From contig OZ241986.1 of the NCBI GenBank assembly GCA_965204375.1, positions 4,576,001 through 4,640,000 of the forward strand: 64,000 bases of DNA, written 5' to 3'. This document shows, piece by piece, positions 39,198-49,411 of this stretch. Numbering within the stretch: position 1 is the first letter of the stretch; each line of letters starts with the position of its first letter. The position numbers and the translations under genes were made by a program. Origin of the DNA: Candidatus Latescibacterota bacterium (GTDB taxonomy: Bacteria > Latescibacterota > UBA2968). Under the pieces are notes generated by a model that was not told the DNA's origin, searched no databases, and saw nothing but the letters and a program-made list of their open reading frames with translations.

Positions 39198-41030
39198 ATG
39201 ACATCAAAAGCAAACAACGCGACGGATCGAATCTCGCACTATTTTCCCTATATTGTGGGCGGAACTGCGATAGTGATCCGTTTTTTTTATCTCTGGTCAT
39301 TCTGGGCCAATCATCCGTTCTCGCAGAAACTCATCTCCGATGCGCGGATATTCGACGACTGGGCACTGCGCATCGCCTCGGGGGACTGGCTGGGTACCTC
39401 TGAAGTCTTCATTCTACCCCCTCTGTATCCATATCTCATAGGAATCGTCTATGCGGTCTTTGGACATGCGCCCAAACTGATAATAGGCTTACAGGCCATC
39501 GCCGGATGTGCCAGTGCGATACTGGTCTATCGATTGGGCGCACGGCATTTTGGCGCTTATGCGGGATTATTTGCAGGATTGCTATTCGCGATCTACGGAC
39601 CGCAACTATTTTACGAAGGCATGCTACTGGGCACATCGGGTGCCGTATTCCTCAGCCTGATAGGATTGACGCTAATCTCAGGTAATAATAAAACCCACTG
39701 GCACCTGGGGCTGGCCGGATTGGTCTTTGGACTGGCAACACTCCTGCGCCCCAACATCTTATCCGCAATCCCCTTCTTACTCTTCGGCGCGTGGTGGGCC
39801 TACCACAAAGCAACACCGACAAAACGTTCAATACGACTGGCGAGTTACTTTTTAGGAGGCCTGATACTCCCACTCTTCCTGTGCGGACTGCGAAATGGCC
39901 TGATCGCAGACGACTGGGTACTGATGACCGCGCACGGCGGCATCAACTTTTACATGGGCAACCACCCGGATGCGCCAGGCTGGTTCTCCGCGCCTCCTAA
40001 TGTGGATGCACAGATCACCCCAGATGGGGCACAGGGTAATTTGGAAGAACCGCGTCGCGTGGCCGAAAATGCTCTGGGACGGTCCTTGAAAGCATCTGAA
40101 GTCTCTTCCTTCTGGTTTAATAAGGGCCTCGCATTCTGGATAGATGATCCCGTAGGCGCGATAGCCATAACCTTGCGAAAAGTGCGCCTATTTGCATCGG
40201 GATACGAAGTCCCGCTCAATTACAATTTTTATTACCAGAGAAAATTCTCCGCCCTCCTGCGCTTTCCAATCACAGAACTGTGGATACTACTTCCCCTATC
40301 CATCGTGGGACTCATCGTCGCAGCCCGGCAATTTGATCGCCATGCCATCCTGTATCTGTGGCTCATAGGATACGCGGCAGGCGTATTGGCATTTCACGTA
40401 TCATCGCGCTATCGCATGCCCGCAATCCCCATCCTCATGATATTTGCAGGGTTGGGAATATGGACATTGATATCCTGTGTACAATCACAAAAATGGAAAA
40501 ACCTGTGCATCGGTGTAGCTGCACTGATCATCCTGTGGACCGGCTACCGCATTGAACTAAACGCACAACTCGCCCAAAACAACTGGGCCATGGACCCCTT
40601 CAATCTGGGCACGGCTTATTTGTGGGCAAACGAAAATGAACGGGCGCGATTATATCTCGAAGAAGCAGAAAAATACGGCCAGGGCGGTGCCGTCTTGTAT
40701 TACAATTTGGGATTGGCTTATGCACGCACCGAACAAACAGAAGCCGCCAAAAACGCGTACCTTCAGGCACTATCTCAGGATCCCAACCTGGTGCGCGCCT
40801 ATGTCAACCTCGGCAACATCTTATTTCACGAAGGAAAATTTCACGAAGCCATAAATAACTATCGGGAAGCACTGAAACGCGCCCCCAATACCCACAATGC
40901 GCGTGCGAACATGGGCTGGGCATATTGGTCTCTGGGAAGAATAGACGAAGCGCGCAGTGCCTGGCAGCAAGTCTTGCAAAGAGCACCCGATCACCCCTCG
41001 GCAAAAGCTGGGATAGCGCGCACGCGTTAA
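39198..41030 (+). CDS. GT-C (family 39/PMT_2-like) glycosyltransferase with C-terminal TPRs
   Basis: SD...FD.WA, PPLYPY, LRPN, RYRMP, TPR motifs YYNLGLAY, YVNLGNI. Confidence 0.85.
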   Translation: MTSKANNATDRISHYFPYIVGGTAIVIRFFYLWSFWANHPFSQKLISDARIFDDWALRIASGDWLGTSEVFILPPLYPYLIGIVYAVFGHAPKLIIGLQAIAGCASAILVYRLGARHFGAYAGLFAGLLFAIYGPQLFYEGMLLGTSGAVFLSLIGLTLISGNNKTHWHLGLAGLVFGLATLLRPNILSAIPFLLFGAWWAYHKATPTKRSIRLASYFLGGLILPLFLCGLRNGLIADDWVLMTAHGGINFYMGNHPDAPGWFSAPPNVDAQITPDGAQGNLEEPRRVAENALGRSLKASEVSSFWFNKGLAFWIDDPVGAIAITLRKVRLFASGYEVPLNYNFYYQRKFSALLRFPITELWILLPLSIVGLIVAARQFDRHAILYLWLIGYAAGVLAFHVSSRYRMPAIPILMIFAGLGIWTLISCVQSQKWKNLCIGVAALIILWTGYRIELNAQLAQNNWAMDPFNLGTAYLWANENERARLYLEEAEKYGQGGAVLYYNLGLAYARTEQTEAAKNAYLQALSQDPNLVRAYVNLGNILFHEGKFHEAINNYREALKRAPNTHNARANMGWAYWSLGRIDEARSAWQQVLQRAPDHPSAKAGIARTR

Positions 41031-41133
41031 ATTAAATAGACACCTGATATTGCCATACGTATATTGGCTCGATTCATCATCCGCGCTATCCGCGTAATCC
41101 CCGTAATCCGCGATCCGATTCGGAGTATCATGA

Positions 41134-43086
41134 ATGGCCATTCGCGAAACACAAACACAGACAGCACCTCTCCAACGCGCCGTAACCGTGCGGTCAATCG
41201 TGATAGGTGCCCTGTGCGCAGGCTTCCTCGGATGGGGTGGACATTTTACGCGCCACATTGCACACACCACAAAAATGGCGCAGGACCATTTGCCGTGGGG
41301 CGCAGTCGTACCGTTTTTGTTAATAGCGGTCGTATTGAATAAAGTACTGGAAAAAGTGCGCCCACAATGGGTCTTGCGCCCTTCGGAATTGCTGGTCATC
41401 TTCAGCATGGGCCTGGTCGCATCGGCATTGCCCAGCTATTTCATGGGACACTTAATCGCCAACGTATCCGCGCCATTTTACTTTGCCAACACAGAGAACC
41501 GATGGGCAGACGACATACATCCGTACTTAGCTGAATGGGCGGTCGTAACCGACGCAACAGCTGCGCGGTGGTTTTTTGAAGGACTGCCAGCCGGCGCAAC
41601 CATCCCCTGGGAAATCTGGATAACGCCGATGATCTGGCGCCTGAGCCTCGTATTTATGATCGGCGTATTTGGATTCTGTGCGGTTTCAATCCTGCGCAAG
41701 CAATGGGTAGAACACGAGCGCCTCACCTTTCCATTGATGACATTGCCACTGGAACTCGTCAACAGAGAACCGCGAGGATTCTGGCCCGTGGGCATCATGA
41801 ATCGCCCCGTATTCTGGTGGGGATTCGCGCTCGCTTCATTTCCCATTTACTGGAACATGGTTGGATATTTCCAACCGCTTTTTCCGACCATTCCCCGAGA
41901 CCTGGGATTGATGGAATTCGGTCAGTACTTCCCGCCGATTCACACGCGGTTTTATCCAGTAATCATTGGCGTATCGTATTTTATGGACCTGGATGTATTG
42001 CTTAGCATCATCGTCTTTCACCTGTTATTGACCCTTGAAATGGGACTGTTCAACCGCCTGGGAATCGAAATAGGCCCAACCCATGTGTGGCCGGCATCGC
42101 AATTTGAAAACTGGCAGGGATTTGGTGCCCTGTGCGTGCTGGTGCCGTGGAGCTTGTGGATGGCGCGAGAACATCTGAGAAATGTATTTCGCAAAGCCGT
42201 GCTCAATGCGCGGGAGGTTGAAGACTCCGGCGAATTATTGTCCTACCGCGCAGCACTCGGCGGATTTCTGGCGAGCGGGCTATTTATTTTGAGCTGGTGT
42301 GTGGCATCCGGCATGTCGATCTTTGTCGCCCTGACCTTTTTGAGCCTTGTCGGCATTATCTGGCTGGGAATCACGCGCGTCTGCGTGGAGGGCGGCATGA
42401 TCAGCAGCCGCATGATACAGGGACAATTTGTCGCCTATCACCTGCTCGGTCCCGTAAATATTTCCCCATCGGGAATGGCGGCATTTGCCCTCACCGAGAC
42501 ATGGCACCACGATATAAAAACCATATTGATGGCCAACCTGGCCAATGCCACGCGGCTTTACGACAGCATCCGACACGAAAGAATGCGCCTGGTCATCGCC
42601 CTGGGATTGGCCATGCTGGTGGTGATAACCACAAGTGCGTATTATCAAATATCATCGAGCTATGTGACCGGCGCATTTAATTACGGCGGCATTTACGGTC
42701 CCTATGTACAGAACACTTTTGATACCATAGCCGGTCATATTCGGGACCCCTTTGCTCTGAAACGCGAGCGCATGCTCATCGCGCTCATTGGAATGGCAAC
42801 CACGGCATTGATGCTATCCTTGCGCTATATATGGCCCTGGTGGCCCTTGCATCCGATCGGGTTTGCCGCCGTAACAGCGTATCCCGTCAACCGCATTGTA
42901 TTCTCGATCTTCTTTGCATGGTTTTCTAAATTTATCATATTGCGGGCGGGCGGCATTGATCTATACCGCAAAGCATCGCCGTTTTTCCTGGGACTTATGG
43001 TGGGGTATTTCACGGGCGTATTTGTGTCGTTTCTGGTAGATTGTATCTGGTTCCCAGAGCAGGGACATTCGCTGGCACTGTATTAA
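41134..43086 (+). CDS. DUF6785/DUF6784-like membrane protein, paralog
   Basis: Same motif set as 36524-38470 (LRKQWVEHERL, WWPLHPIG). Confidence 0.8.
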   Translation: MAIRETQTQTAPLQRAVTVRSIVIGALCAGFLGWGGHFTRHIAHTTKMAQDHLPWGAVVPFLLIAVVLNKVLEKVRPQWVLRPSELLVIFSMGLVASALPSYFMGHLIANVSAPFYFANTENRWADDIHPYLAEWAVVTDATAARWFFEGLPAGATIPWEIWITPMIWRLSLVFMIGVFGFCAVSILRKQWVEHERLTFPLMTLPLELVNREPRGFWPVGIMNRPVFWWGFALASFPIYWNMVGYFQPLFPTIPRDLGLMEFGQYFPPIHTRFYPVIIGVSYFMDLDVLLSIIVFHLLLTLEMGLFNRLGIEIGPTHVWPASQFENWQGFGALCVLVPWSLWMAREHLRNVFRKAVLNAREVEDSGELLSYRAALGGFLASGLFILSWCVASGMSIFVALTFLSLVGIIWLGITRVCVEGGMISSRMIQGQFVAYHLLGPVNISPSGMAAFALTETWHHDIKTILMANLANATRLYDSIRHERMRLVIALGLAMLVVITTSAYYQISSSYVTGAFNYGGIYGPYVQNTFDTIAGHIRDPFALKRERMLIALIGMATTALMLSLRYIWPWWPLHPIGFAAVTAYPVNRIVFSIFFAWFSKFIILRAGGIDLYRKASPFFLGLMVGYFTGVFVSFLVDCIWFPEQGHSLALY

Positions 43087-43102
43087 AAGAACGGAAATCA
43101 AC

Positions 43103-45679
43103 GTGACTATCTCCCTGACAATTCGCGCCATTCGCGAACCCATCCTCATCGCCTTATTTCTCCTGATATGTGCGCCAGCCTGGGCAGATCGCCTGCAGGA
43201 AAACTTCAATGCACGGTCAGATTCGCTCGCTGCGGTTCTGATCGCAGAACGCGCTGGACCAGACAGCGCAGCCGTATATCGGGCATTGCAGCGAGAGGAG
43301 AAAGCGCAATTTTTAATCGACTTCTGGCAACGACACAATCCCGTAGTACTGGAATTTTATTACGGGTATCACAGCGGGCGTCGCTACCTGACGGTATCAG
43401 ACGCTTTTTTTGAACGCGGTCGATTGATACCCCAGCGCTATAAAACGCGCGCCGCACCACCAGATGCCGTCCTGCTCAACGACGCTGTTGCACTATTTGA
43501 ACGGATGCTACAGGACGATGCCAACGACCGCCTCGCCTTGTGCGCGCTGGGATATTGTTTGTTAGAGCAACACAAAGGCGTAGAAGCAGAACGCATTTTT
43601 GTGCGCGTACTGGAAAAAGATCGGCGGTTTCTCATCGCGCGACACGGGCGGGCACTGGCGTGCTTGATCCAGAAAAAACAGGTGCGCCGCGCACTGGATC
43701 TTTTCCAGGATACCGTATCTCTCGATTCGAAATACGAGGCCGCGTATTACAATCTGGCAATGTGCCACCTGGCAATGCGCAGCGTGGATATGGACCATCA
43801 TTTTAGCAACGTGGTCAAGCGGTTTCCCCAACACCGCGATGCGTATTTCAAGCTGGGAGTATTTTACGAATCACTCTATTATTTTGAAAAAGCCGTCAAA
43901 GCATTGTCTAAGCAGGTCGCTATAAATCCAGCGCACAGCGTGGCAAGGGGCAGACTGGCGCGCGTGGCTATGGAATTGAAATATTTAAAACAAGAACTGC
44001 ACACAACCACAGAACTGCGCGACCTCGCCCAAAAAGACCCCGAGCGTTATCTGCCGCTTCTGGGCGCACAATATCTGGAATCGGGCGCGTACGAACAGGC
44101 AGAAGCGTCATTTTCGCAATTTTTATCCCTCTTACCGCAAAGTGAACGCCTCCTGTACGAAGATGTCACCTTGCTCCTGTCCGCAACAGAATTTGAGACC
44201 TTTCGCATGATCAGGGGAGATGAAAAACGCGCATTTATCAATTTGTTCTGGCGCAAGATAGACCCAACACCGACCACACCGGTTAACGAGCGCAGATTGG
44301 AACACTACCGCCGCGTGAATTACGCGATTCAGAACTTTTCCGAAGGCCGAATACCCTATGATGCTCGCGGCGATGTGTATATCCGCTTTGGTCATCCCGA
44401 TCATCGAAGCTGGTCCGATCACCTCGTATTCGAAACCAATGCAAAAGTGATTCGGGTAAAAAACCGACTCATGGACCTCGCGGGACGAGCACTGCACGAA
44501 ATCGCTCCGACGACATCGCTGCAGATAGAATCGTCGTTGGGCGCAAGTACCGTAATGAAGGTGACACCCGAGGTTCGGGGACTGCCGATATTTCCCCTGC
44601 CGCACCAGGGCGCATTATTTCGAGATGGTGCGTCTTTAAACTACAAGTGGGAGTCCTGGATTTACACCCATATTGGCGAAGGAATCGAAGTGACATTTCT
44701 CGACGCCCTGGGCAATTTTGATTTTCAATTTCCCCAGCCGCCTATTGACTCACCCAATCGATTGCTGTGGCTACACCTCGCACCCGAAGCCGTGGTCGCA
44801 CGGGTCGTCAACCGCACGCCCTCTGTTTACCGCTACCCATATCCCGGAGACCCAATGCCGCTGCTTATGTCCGTAGCGGATTTCAAAGGCAATGGACGCG
44901 ATACGCGCTTAGATGCCTTTATCGGCATACCCTGGACCGCATTGAAAACGCAAAAACGGGGAACACAGATAGAGGCTTCGGTGAATCGAATGTGGGTCCT
45001 CTATGACGCACAGGGAATAGAAATTGCCCGCGACAGCCTGAACACGCGGGCAACACAGCGCGAAACCGTTGACGATCCCGGCGTCTTATGGGTAGATCAG
45101 GTCACAAAAGAAGTCAAACCCGGCCACTATCTCATGGCTGTGCGAGTGACCGATCCGGCCTCGGGGAAATTGCAAATCCACCGACAACTCGTCAATGTAG
45201 AAGCATACAATTCCCCCATCCTGATGGTAAGCGACCTCGTCGTAGCGGGAAAAATTGCAACAATGGAAGCCCGTGCAGAAGGCAAATTCATCCGAGACGA
45301 CCTCGAAGTGCTCCCCCTGCCATCACACACCTTTGCCCCAGAACAGCCGGTCTATCTGTACTATGAAGTGTATAACCTCTTCCGAGACGACACGGGGCAA
45401 ACGCATTACCGCGTGGATTATACTGTGCGCGGCAGCAAAAATGCCGGTGCCCGGTTGCTAAAAGGCATCGGCACATTGCTCGGCATATCTGAAAAGCAAG
45501 AAGGCGTGCAGGTATCTTATGAACACCGGGGCAATACGGAAACAGAACCCGTATATGTTGCCCTCAACGTAACGGCAAAACCCGGACAAAAACTCACAAT
45601 AGGTGTAACCGTAACCGACCTGAACCGCCCAGGAATACCCACAGCGACAAAAGATGTTTGGATAGAGATAGGAAAGTGA
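43103..45679 (+). CDS. TPR + GWxTD-domain protein
   Basis: FWRKIDPTPTTPVNE...EHYRRV.YA...F, DARGDVYIRFGHPD, WESWIY; TPR array. Confidence 0.8.
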   Translation: MTISLTIRAIREPILIALFLLICAPAWADRLQENFNARSDSLAAVLIAERAGPDSAAVYRALQREEKAQFLIDFWQRHNPVVLEFYYGYHSGRRYLTVSDAFFERGRLIPQRYKTRAAPPDAVLLNDAVALFERMLQDDANDRLALCALGYCLLEQHKGVEAERIFVRVLEKDRRFLIARHGRALACLIQKKQVRRALDLFQDTVSLDSKYEAAYYNLAMCHLAMRSVDMDHHFSNVVKRFPQHRDAYFKLGVFYESLYYFEKAVKALSKQVAINPAHSVARGRLARVAMELKYLKQELHTTTELRDLAQKDPERYLPLLGAQYLESGAYEQAEASFSQFLSLLPQSERLLYEDVTLLLSATEFETFRMIRGDEKRAFINLFWRKIDPTPTTPVNERRLEHYRRVNYAIQNFSEGRIPYDARGDVYIRFGHPDHRSWSDHLVFETNAKVIRVKNRLMDLAGRALHEIAPTTSLQIESSLGASTVMKVTPEVRGLPIFPLPHQGALFRDGASLNYKWESWIYTHIGEGIEVTFLDALGNFDFQFPQPPIDSPNRLLWLHLAPEAVVARVVNRTPSVYRYPYPGDPMPLLMSVADFKGNGRDTRLDAFIGIPWTALKTQKRGTQIEASVNRMWVLYDAQGIEIARDSLNTRATQRETVDDPGVLWVDQVTKEVKPGHYLMAVRVTDPASGKLQIHRQLVNVEAYNSPILMVSDLVVAGKIATMEARAEGKFIRDDLEVLPLPSHTFAPEQPVYLYYEVYNLFRDDTGQTHYRVDYTVRGSKNAGARLLKGIGTLLGISEKQEGVQVSYEHRGNTETEPVYVALNVTAKPGQKLTIGVTVTDLNRPGIPTATKDVWIEIGK

Positions 45680-45779
45680 GAAGGAAGAAGTTAGAAGTTA
45701 GAAGTCCACCCAACCACCCCAGCCCCCGGTTCCTTGCCTTTCATCTGCGTCCATCTGCGTCCATCTGCGGATCACACTT

Positions 45780-46763
45780 CTACGCCGTCCCAACTTCGCG
45801 GGCGACTTTGGGCCGGCGGAGTTTCCAGATCAGACCATCCAGAACAAAGTGGGCAAATGAGGTGCCGTACGCAAAAAAGAGAAAGGCAAAAAGGGAATAG
45901 GCGTAAAGGCCATATAGAATACCGCAGATAACAGCGGTAAAGAGAAAGGTATTGCGTACAATATGGGTGGCGGCCTTATTGAGAAGCGGCGCGTCGAGAG
46001 CCGAAGTGCGGACCTTATTTTTAATCGTAAGCGCGACCAGAGCGATGTATTCGGAAGCGTGATTAATACTGGTAGCAATATAGATAGCACCTGCCGACAG
46101 GGTGGGACCAATCCCATAGAGAAAGACTACAGAGGCAAAAAAGAGCAATTTGGGGACACTGACGCCCTGGGTACTGCGAAATTCATAGATGAGCCAGGCC
46201 AGGGTGACCAGAATAGCCAGACCGTATAAAATGTGGGAGATCAGAAGCGGAGGCGTGAAGTCGAGCAGATTGCGAAGATAGTGCATCACCTTGACATCGG
46301 CTTCAGAACCGAAAAGGTAAAAGAACCCTGCCAGCCCCCAGAGATACATCGTCCATTCATCGAGGCGCTTGTGACCCCACTGAGCTTTGCCGGAATAGAT
46401 ACGGAGAATGCCGTATTTCTGACGAACAAAGTGAAAATAGTTAAAAAGGTACCAGAACGCGAACATCTCGGGTTCGTCAATGCGGAAAAAATAACAAAGC
46501 CCCACAAAGACAAAACAGAGAATGGGAATAAGCGAATAAAGCACGCGGGCGCGGTTAAATTCAGCGCGGTCTAAATAGACCAGCAGAAACGTGAAGTAGC
46601 GGTGCGTCGCAAAAAGAAATGTAACAGAGATAATGCGGATAGTATCGAAATACTTGGGAAACAGGTAGGGGGCAAAAAAGAAAAGCAACCAGCCCAGGGT
46701 GATACAGGAAAGGTCAACAACGGGTGTGACAACCCAGAGTGTATGTTTTTTTTTTACGGACAT
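45780..46763 (-). CDS. Polytopic membrane protein with conserved His motifs
   Basis: THRYFT, FHFVRQKYG, NHASEY, AHFVLDGLIWK. Confidence 0.75.
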   Translation of the reverse strand: MSVKKKHTLWVVTPVVDLSCITLGWLLFFFAPYLFPKYFDTIRIISVTFLFATHRYFTFLLVYLDRAEFNRARVLYSLIPILCFVFVGLCYFFRIDEPEMFAFWYLFNYFHFVRQKYGILRIYSGKAQWGHKRLDEWTMYLWGLAGFFYLFGSEADVKVMHYLRNLLDFTPPLLISHILYGLAILVTLAWLIYEFRSTQGVSVPKLLFFASVVFLYGIGPTLSAGAIYIATSINHASEYIALVALTIKNKVRTSALDAPLLNKAATHIVRNTFLFTAVICGILYGLYAYSLFAFLFFAYGTSFAHFVLDGLIWKLRRPKVAREVGTA

Positions 46764-46780
46764 AGGGATTTCCCTCCGAC

Positions 46781-46845
46781 TTCACACTTCACACTTCACA
46801 CTTCACACTTCACACTTCACACTTCTCACTTCTCACTTCTCACTT
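46781..46845. repeat. (TTCACAC/TTCTCAC)n heptamer array, ~9 copies
   Basis: Directly visible; supplies the last codons and stop of the gene ending at 46826. Confidence 0.95.
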
Positions 46846-48049
46846 CCAGACAAACCATCTCACTGTGATTCCGAAGATAAAGCCTGCCGTTAGATAGTGT
46901 GGGTGGCGTCCAGCACCGCGGAGACAAAACCTGAGCAGTAGCTCTTTCTATGTACGCTTCAGGTGTGGCCTCCACGAGAGTTAGTTTGCCCTGTTCGCCC
47001 AGGACGATCAGATGGCCATCTGCAAAGATGAGTGACCCCTTTTGAAAGCCGCGTTTGCGCCATTGCTCCTGCCCGGTGTCTGCGGCAATGCACTTGAGAA
47101 TGGCGTTGTCAAAGCCATAGAGGTACCCCTGGTGATGAATAGACGTGGCAAAGTGATTTTTCATACTGCGATTGCGCCACACTCTTTTTACCGAAAACTG
47201 ACCGTTCTGGGAAATAAGCTGGATAACCGTCGCCCCTTTGCCATAGCCCGAAGAGATAAAAAGTCTATCTGGAGGGAGAAATAGGGGCGTCGCAGCATTG
47301 ACATCGGGACCCGTTTGCCAGGAATGCCGCCACAGGAATCGGCCATCTCTGGCAGCGACACCGACCAGGCCAGAGACCGGGAAAAAGACGATTTGTCGAA
47401 CATCAGATACAGTAATCGCAATGGGTGACGCATAAGAAGGCGCGTCATCTTGAGAAGACCAAGCGACCTCACCGGTGGTTTTATCAAAGGCAATAAAAGA
47501 GTTTCCAGAAGAACCCCCAACCTCGACAATCAGCAATTTGCCTTCTATCAAAGGGGAAGTAGAAAAGCCCCAATGGGGGGGATCACTTATAAATTCAGTT
47601 TGAAAATGGTGAGACCATACAGTTTCTCCGCTTTTAATATCGAGTGCATAAAGCTGTCCGTATGCACCCAAAAAGAAGGCCCGTTCTTTGTCAATGATGG
47701 GAGTAGATCTGGGACCATTCCCCCCTTGCCAGTCTGAAAAATTGCTTCCGGTCTTAACTCTCCAGCGCTCTTCCCCTGTAGCGGCATCCAGACATACCGC
47801 ATACTCATCTTTGCCCTCTGCAAACATAGTATAGGCTGCGCCCTGTGCAACAGAAATGCTCGAGAACCCCTCGCCCAGCGGTGTTCGCCAGAGAACAGCA
47901 GGCCCGGAATCAGGCCAATCTTTGAGAATCCCTTTCTCTGAGGAAACACCATCGCGATTGGGACCAAACCACTGCGGCCAATCCGCAGCAAAGCCATTGC
48001 CCGTCAGGATGAGCAGGATTATCGATAAGGTAATAATAACGACACGCAT
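46826..48049 (-). CDS. Secreted PQQ-binding-like beta-propeller protein
   Basis: Signal peptide, DWPQWFGPNRDG, repeated LDAATGEERW-type motifs. Confidence 0.9.
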   Translation of the reverse strand: MRVVIITLSIILLILTGNGFAADWPQWFGPNRDGVSSEKGILKDWPDSGPAVLWRTPLGEGFSSISVAQGAAYTMFAEGKDEYAVCLDAATGEERWRVKTGSNFSDWQGGNGPRSTPIIDKERAFFLGAYGQLYALDIKSGETVWSHHFQTEFISDPPHWGFSTSPLIEGKLLIVEVGGSSGNSFIAFDKTTGEVAWSSQDDAPSYASPIAITVSDVRQIVFFPVSGLVGVAARDGRFLWRHSWQTGPDVNAATPLFLPPDRLFISSGYGKGATVIQLISQNGQFSVKRVWRNRSMKNHFATSIHHQGYLYGFDNAILKCIAADTGQEQWRKRGFQKGSLIFADGHLIVLGEQGKLTLVEATPEAYIERATAQVLSPRCWTPPTLSNGRLYLRNHSEMVCLEVRSEK

Positions 48050-48099
48050 AAACACTCCTCTCGCCCATTACGCGCTACACTCTATAAGCTACGCATCTC

Positions 48100-48135
48100 T
48101 TCACACTTCTCACTTCACACTTCTCACTTCACTCA
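48100..48135. repeat. Heptamer array, ~5 copies
   Basis: TTCACACTTCTCACTTCACACTTCTCACTTCAC overlapping the ankyrin gene stop. Confidence 0.85.
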
Positions 48136-49351
48136 CCCGTTCCAACACCTGAACAATCGCCGTATGCCCTTTTGCTCTCGCCCACATCAGGGCTGTAACC
48201 CCATCTTTGTCCTCAATAGCGACACCCGCACCGCCTCTTAAAAGCACGCGAACAGCTTCGACGTGACCTTCAAACGCGGCGGCCATCAACGGCGTGCGAC
48301 CCTCCCGGTCGGGCGCATTGACGTTCGCGCCCACCGCCAGTAAAAACTCAATCCGTGCGGTTTCGCCATCCCACGCTGCACCCATCAAAGCCGTATCGCC
48401 CATATTATCTCTGGCATTGAGGTCTGCACCACCTGCCACCAGCACCTGTACGATTTGGCGATGATCTTGTAAAACAGCCCGCATCAAAGGGGTTTCGCCA
48501 GCACCACCTCTGATATTGGGACTTCCGCCTTTTGTCAGAAGCGTATCGACAACGGCGGTATGGCCTTTGAATGCTGCCAGCAACAGGGGCGTATCGCCCA
48601 GATTGTCTTTGGCATTTGGATCGGCACCCACATTCAGAAGCGCTTCCACCATACCTGTTTGGCCTTCGATTGAAGCCCAGGTAAGAGCAGTCCGGTTGTC
48701 CTTATCCCGGATATTGGGATCCGCACCATTTTTCAGGAGAACTTTTACAGCAGACGTATGACCTGCAACAATCGCGCTCATCAGAGCCGTGCGGTCGTCG
48801 TTGTCCTGCGCGTTGACATCTGCGCCCGCGTCTATCAGCGCTTGAAGCGTGGTTATATGACCTTCTACTGCTGCGGGCATCAACGCAGTGGCGCCATGGG
48901 CATTTTTCAAATGGAGATTCGCGCCTTTTTTCAGGAGAACATTGACAATATCTGTATGCCCATCAAAAGCCGCGGACATTAAAGCAGTGGCTCCGTGCTT
49001 ATCCTGAATATTGGGGTCGGCTTTGCCCGACAAAAGAGCCTGCACCGTCTGGATATGCCCTTGAAAAGCCGCAACAATCAAAGCCGTTTCCCCGCTCATA
49101 CCCTGAGCATTGGGATCGGCACTCTTTTCCAGAAGAGAATTGACAATATCTGTATGCCCACCTCTGGCTGCAACCATCAGCACGGTAGTGCCGTATTTAT
49201 CCCGAGCATTTGCATTATCGCCAGCACTTAGACGCGCCTGCACATCGGACAGGCTTCCCCTATCGGCAGCTTCGAGGAGTTGTGTGCCATTTGCCTGCGT
49301 CCCTGCGGAAAAGCAGAGGACAAGGATAAATGTAAAGATAATCTTGAACAT
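48110..49351 (-). CDS. Secreted ankyrin-repeat protein (~12 repeats)
   Basis: Signal peptide; 33-aa G.TALM.AA..G....V..LL..GAD.N repeats. Confidence 0.95.
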   Translation of the reverse strand: MFKIIFTFILVLCFSAGTQANGTQLLEAADRGSLSDVQARLSAGDNANARDKYGTTVLMVAARGGHTDIVNSLLEKSADPNAQGMSGETALIVAAFQGHIQTVQALLSGKADPNIQDKHGATALMSAAFDGHTDIVNVLLKKGANLHLKNAHGATALMPAAVEGHITTLQALIDAGADVNAQDNDDRTALMSAIVAGHTSAVKVLLKNGADPNIRDKDNRTALTWASIEGQTGMVEALLNVGADPNAKDNLGDTPLLLAAFKGHTAVVDTLLTKGGSPNIRGGAGETPLMRAVLQDHRQIVQVLVAGGADLNARDNMGDTALMGAAWDGETARIEFLLAVGANVNAPDREGRTPLMAAAFEGHVEAVRVLLRGGAGVAIEDKDGVTALMWARAKGHTAIVQVLERVSEVRSVK

Positions 49352-49411
49352 ACAGAAAAAATAAAAAGTTAGACAAAAAAGTCAAAGAAGATTCGGGCGT
49401 CCAATTCATTC

